Part shown: one piece after another, positions 60,757-64,000 of the stretch | Numbering within the stretch: the stretch's first letter is position 1 | How the letters are laid out: every line of letters begins with the position of its first letter | From: Candidatus Latescibacterota bacterium | GTDB taxonomy: Bacteria > Latescibacterota > UBA2968 > GCA-2709665 | Assembly (NCBI GenBank): GCA_963667175.2 | Contig: CAXXXF010000012.1 | Span: forward strand, 224,001 to 288,000 | Reading direction: 5' to 3' | Length of the DNA: 64,000 nucleotides | Program-made: the position numbers and the translations under genes | The notes under the pieces: generated by a model | Database searches by the model: none | Told to the model about the DNA's origin: nothing | What the model saw: the letters and a program-made list of their open reading frames with translations, nothing else

Positions 60757-61938
60757 ATGACCGGAAGCATCAGAAAGCGTAGTCCCGGAAGTTGGGAGCT
60801 GACGATAGACCTCGGCCGCGACGAAAACGGCAAGCGCATCCGCCGTTACGCCTCGGTCAAAGGAACCAAGAAGCAGGCCGATCAGCGGTTGCGCGAGATA
60901 CTCACGGAGCTTGACGGCGGCATCGTACCGTCCACCGAGCGCATCTTGATGCGCGACTGGCTGAACACTTGGATGACCGATTGCGTTGACGGACACCTGA
61001 GCCTGGCCACCCAGGACCGCTACCGCGGCATCGTCAACAACCACCTGATCCCCGCTCTGGGCCACATCGAGCTGAAGCGGTTGAGTCCGTCCCACGTCCA
61101 GACCTTGCAGAACAACCTGCTGGACGGCGGCATGGACCCCGTGGGCGTGAACCTGGTGCGCACGGCGCTTTCGGGAGCCTTGAAACACGCCGTGAGCCTG
61201 GAGCACATTTCGAGAAATGTCGTGGCGGCGGTCAAGGCGCCGCCCGAACCGGACCGTGAAGTCCAGCCGCCGCCCATGGAGGCCGTCAAGCAGATGCTGG
61301 CTCTGGCGAAAAAGCAGGACTACTGGCTCTATGCCGCTCTGCACCTACTGGCGTACACCGGAATACGTCGCGGGGAACTCCTGGCCCTGCTTTGGCACAT
61401 GGTGGACTTCAAGAAGTCCGAAATCCGTATCGCGGCGTCATTGGGGCGGCGTTCCAACGGCCTGAATCTGTCCAAGCCCAAAACCGCCCGCGGTAACCGC
61501 GTCGTGAGCCTGGACGCCGCCACGTTGGATGTGCTGCGCCAGCACCAGGCGCGGCAATCCCTGGAGAAGGCGGAACTGGGCGACGCTTACACCGACAACG
61601 GCATCGTGTTCGCGGACCCGCTGGGCAACTGGCTCAATCCGATGATGGTTACCCGCAAGGTGCAGAGCCTGGGCAGGATGGTGGGACATCCCGAAGTCAC
61701 ACCGCACAGTCTCCGTCATTTCCACTGCTCGGTCACCTTGGAAAACGGCGTCAACCCCGCGGTGACGTCGCAACGCGTGGGGCACTCCAACCCTGCCATC
61801 ACCATGAGGATGTACGCCCACGTTCTGCCCGGCTGGCAGCAGGAGGCGGCGGACGATTTTGCCCGCGTCATGGCCGAGCACCAGGAGGGTACGGAGGATC
61901 TGGCATCCGACGAAGTTGTTGAAACTGCGGCGGCCTGA
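60757..61938 (+). CDS. Tyrosine recombinase / phage-ICE integrase
   Basis: N-terminal arm-binding domain (GSIRKRSPGSWELTIDLG), TGIRRGELLAL, KPKT, HSLRH, VGHSN...TMRMYAH. Confidence 0.93.
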   Translation: MTGSIRKRSPGSWELTIDLGRDENGKRIRRYASVKGTKKQADQRLREILTELDGGIVPSTERILMRDWLNTWMTDCVDGHLSLATQDRYRGIVNNHLIPALGHIELKRLSPSHVQTLQNNLLDGGMDPVGVNLVRTALSGALKHAVSLEHISRNVVAAVKAPPEPDREVQPPPMEAVKQMLALAKKQDYWLYAALHLLAYTGIRRGELLALLWHMVDFKKSEIRIAASLGRRSNGLNLSKPKTARGNRVVSLDAATLDVLRQHQARQSLEKAELGDAYTDNGIVFADPLGNWLNPMMVTRKVQSLGRMVGHPEVTPHSLRHFHCSVTLENGVNPAVTSQRVGHSNPAITMRMYAHVLPGWQQEAADDFARVMAEHQEGTEDLASDEVVETAAA

Positions 61939-61939
61939 T

Positions 61940-61961
61940 TGCCGACCAAATGCCGACCAAA
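61940..61961 (+). repeat. Tandem 11-bp repeat (tgccgaccaaa x2), probable integrase arm site
   Basis: Immediately after the integrase stop, about 90 bp from the att core. Confidence 0.6.
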
Positions 61962-62050
61962 TTCTCAAAAAGGGAGGACATCGGACAGCATCAGACCGCA
62001 GGTTTGAGTAGGGGAAGCACCCCCTGCAGCACCCTGCGAGTGGGTATATC

Positions 62051-62071
62051 CGAATCCCTCCCTCGGCACCA
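62051..62071 (+). mobile_element. att site: 3' fragment of a tRNA-Leu-like gene
   Basis: cgaatccctccctcggcacca corresponds to T-loop, T-stem, acceptor strand CCTCGGC, discriminator A and CCA; no 5' tRNA half upstream. Confidence 0.8.
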
Positions 62072-62145
62072 ATTCTCAATCGCACCGAAATTTGAGTTCA
62101 AACCGAGTTCAAAAATGGCTTGGATCGCTCGCTGGCCCGTCCCAA

Positions 62146-62166
62146 TGTGGGACAATTGTGGGACAA
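62146..62166 (+). repeat. Tandem repeat tgtgggacaa x2, probable arm site of a second element
   Basis: Right of the att core; an inverted gtccca at 62139-62144 and gagttcaaa x2 near 62094-62113. Confidence 0.5.
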
Positions 62167-62639
62167 ACCTACAGTAGGCTACGTTACTGAACAGGTCAGT
62201 ACGGTACCAAACGCGCAAGGTGCCACGATCCAAATGTAGCCCCGATTGTGGGATTGACGCCTTCAACTTTCCGGGGCGCGAGGTCGATGCGTAGGCCGAT
62301 GGCCCGCTGAACGCGGACCGTCGGCCTTTCGAATATGCGGGCTTGGTTAACCCAGGCAACCGTTCGGGCTCTGTTCGGAGAAGAGTGCGGCGACCCAAGC
62401 TTGACAACGGTCTACTGCGACCTAGGGCGTATCGGTCTACCGCACCCTATACGGCTTATTGGACAGAAAACTATCCGCCACTAGGCCAAGATACAAGGGC
62501 GCAGCTAAGTTGGGCTGATTGGTTGTTGTCAATGGCAAGACACGGATTTTGCCGGTCTCTCGCTATCCTTGATACGTGGGCGCAACAGCCGCAGCGTTTC
62601 GATCCGCTGGGGCCGGGGATGCAGAGGTGCTGCCATCGT

Positions 62640-63377
62640 CTACGGCGCCGTAGGCGTGCCCGTTGTGCGGGCCCACGGCGAATACCCTCCATTGCGGTTT
62701 ACTCGTACCTTGACTTGGTATTCTTGCAAGGGTGTGAGGCCTGGGATGTTGAAAAAGAATGTGTGTGGGTGAACCGCTATACTTGTCCACGGGCTGGTGC
62801 CAGTGGCGCGGTAGCGCAACTCGTACCCCGTAATGTCGGACATTGGTCCAGACGACGATATTCCAGGTGTCGATGTCCATATGACGTCCAGGCCGTTGGT
62901 GATTGGGATCACGGACAAACCGTTAATGTAGGCGCCTTCAAAGTAGCCATGCACTGGCAACATCGGTCCATTGTATTCCAGCAGCGGCGAAAGGTCAGGC
63001 CAGCACCATTCGCCGCTTGGCTGCTTGACCATCGGCCTCTGCCCCGGCTTGCATATCGGAACCTGCTGTTCCGGGTGGTACCGGGAGGCAGGCGCAAAGT
63101 GGGGCGCAGCGCGGGATGGCAAGTCGGTCGGCATAGCACCAGTCATGGTGCGGGACGGCCGGTAGGCTGGTGTCGCAGTCGCCGGCGTACTAGACGGACT
63201 ATACGTCGTAGGTACGTAACCGGAGCGGAGCCAGTTTTGATGAGATGGTGTCGATGCGGAACGTACTTGCACGGGAGGACTGATCTCCGTGGCAGCTTCC
63301 AGCCTGAAGGACAAAGCCACAGCAACCGCTGAGACGACCAAGACACCGATGGCCGCTGCCAACCCCACATATTTCAT
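62640..63377 (-). CDS. Exported fibronectin type III domain protein
   Basis: N-terminal hydrophobic segment, P/T/S-rich linker, FN3 motif LDVIWT...ITGYELRYR...GLTPLQEYQVKVR...GYSPW; GAGGAGG RBS. Confidence 0.75.
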   Translation of the reverse strand: MKYVGLAAAIGVLVVSAVAVALSFRLEAATEISPPVQVRSASTPSHQNWLRSGYVPTTYSPSSTPATATPAYRPSRTMTGAMPTDLPSRAAPHFAPASRYHPEQQVPICKPGQRPMVKQPSGEWCWPDLSPLLEYNGPMLPVHGYFEGAYINGLSVIPITNGLDVIWTSTPGISSSGPMSDITGYELRYRATGTSPWTSIAVHPHTFFFNIPGLTPLQEYQVKVRVNRNGGYSPWARTTGTPTAP

Positions 63378-64000
63378 TATTCATCCTCCTCTGCGGTAGG
63401 CGGTGGGCTCATCCGGTCGGCTTTGACGATGCGGAGAAACCTATGTTACAAACGCTGTAATGGGCGTGTTGTCCCTGAGACCTCGGGGCAGAGGACGGCG
63501 GGACTCGGCCTGGCGCCGGTGGGTTGACACCTGTCGCCGAGATGCGACTCGGGAGACTTGTCACTCAGCCATGTGCTCAAGGTTCAGCATGCCGACTGGC
63601 CCTATTGTCGTGGCCGGCGGACATTCACGATTCTACTGTGTCATCGTGGCCGGACCTGGCTCCACGGTGGGTCGCCCGGGAGCGATTTACCCATGACGAA
63701 GCAGACGATCCGTACGAACGTTTCGGCCGACTTCTGTCACCGCATGTGCATGCCGCGGATGTGCTTCACGTCCATGTTCACGTTCTTGACCAGTCGCCGT
63801 CCCTTGCGCATTCCTTGATTGTCGTCTGTCACGCGCCGGTGGCTTGCTGTTTGGTCGGGAGAACTGTTCGCGACGAAGTTACACCCACCGATGTGTACTA
63901 GGCGTACCTGTCAGCAACAGGCAGTCGAGGCAGGTGCCGATCACTCACAGCCCGACCCTTGCACGGAACTCCCACTCGCTGGCCAGGAAACACCCGGCAG

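Noticed and set aside
63400-64000. ORFs at the right edge
   Set aside because: No motif support; may be a fragment continuing outside the window.
1-64000. CRISPR array or other regularly spaced repeat array
   Set aside because: No repeat-spacer periodicity and no cas genes seen by eye.

Overview
Positions 1 to about 50,815 are GC-rich, densely coded bacterial core genome: dusA, lipA, miaB, queG, rny, sodA, panBC, folBK, murA, murD, rlmN, cca, a sigma70 factor and tRNA-Val. The GWxTD protein and the repeated PhyH and Gfo/Idh/MocA genes suggest an FCB/Latescibacterota-like, possibly sponge-associated organism (inference). This part also holds three copies of a 179-209 bp MITE, a plant-HPR1-like dehydrogenase, a translationally coupled bpsA-DUF2156-cysC-murD-AlkP run, and an HxG-motif Fe/2OG enzyme next to an SLC12-like transporter. 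At about 50,815 there is an abrupt head-to-head junction between two 5'-truncated genes, followed by visibly lower-GC accessory DNA. That DNA contains a probable SAVED remnant, a type III CBASS core (cdnC, HORMA/cap7, Trip13/cap6) with no intact effector, a degenerate IS1380, a large SNF2 helicase, a degenerate IS5, a tyrosine integrase ending next to a tRNA-Leu 3' att fragment with arm-type repeats, and an FN3 protein. Calls come from motif recognition by eye; no database searches were run, and several start codons were re-chosen from the ORF track.
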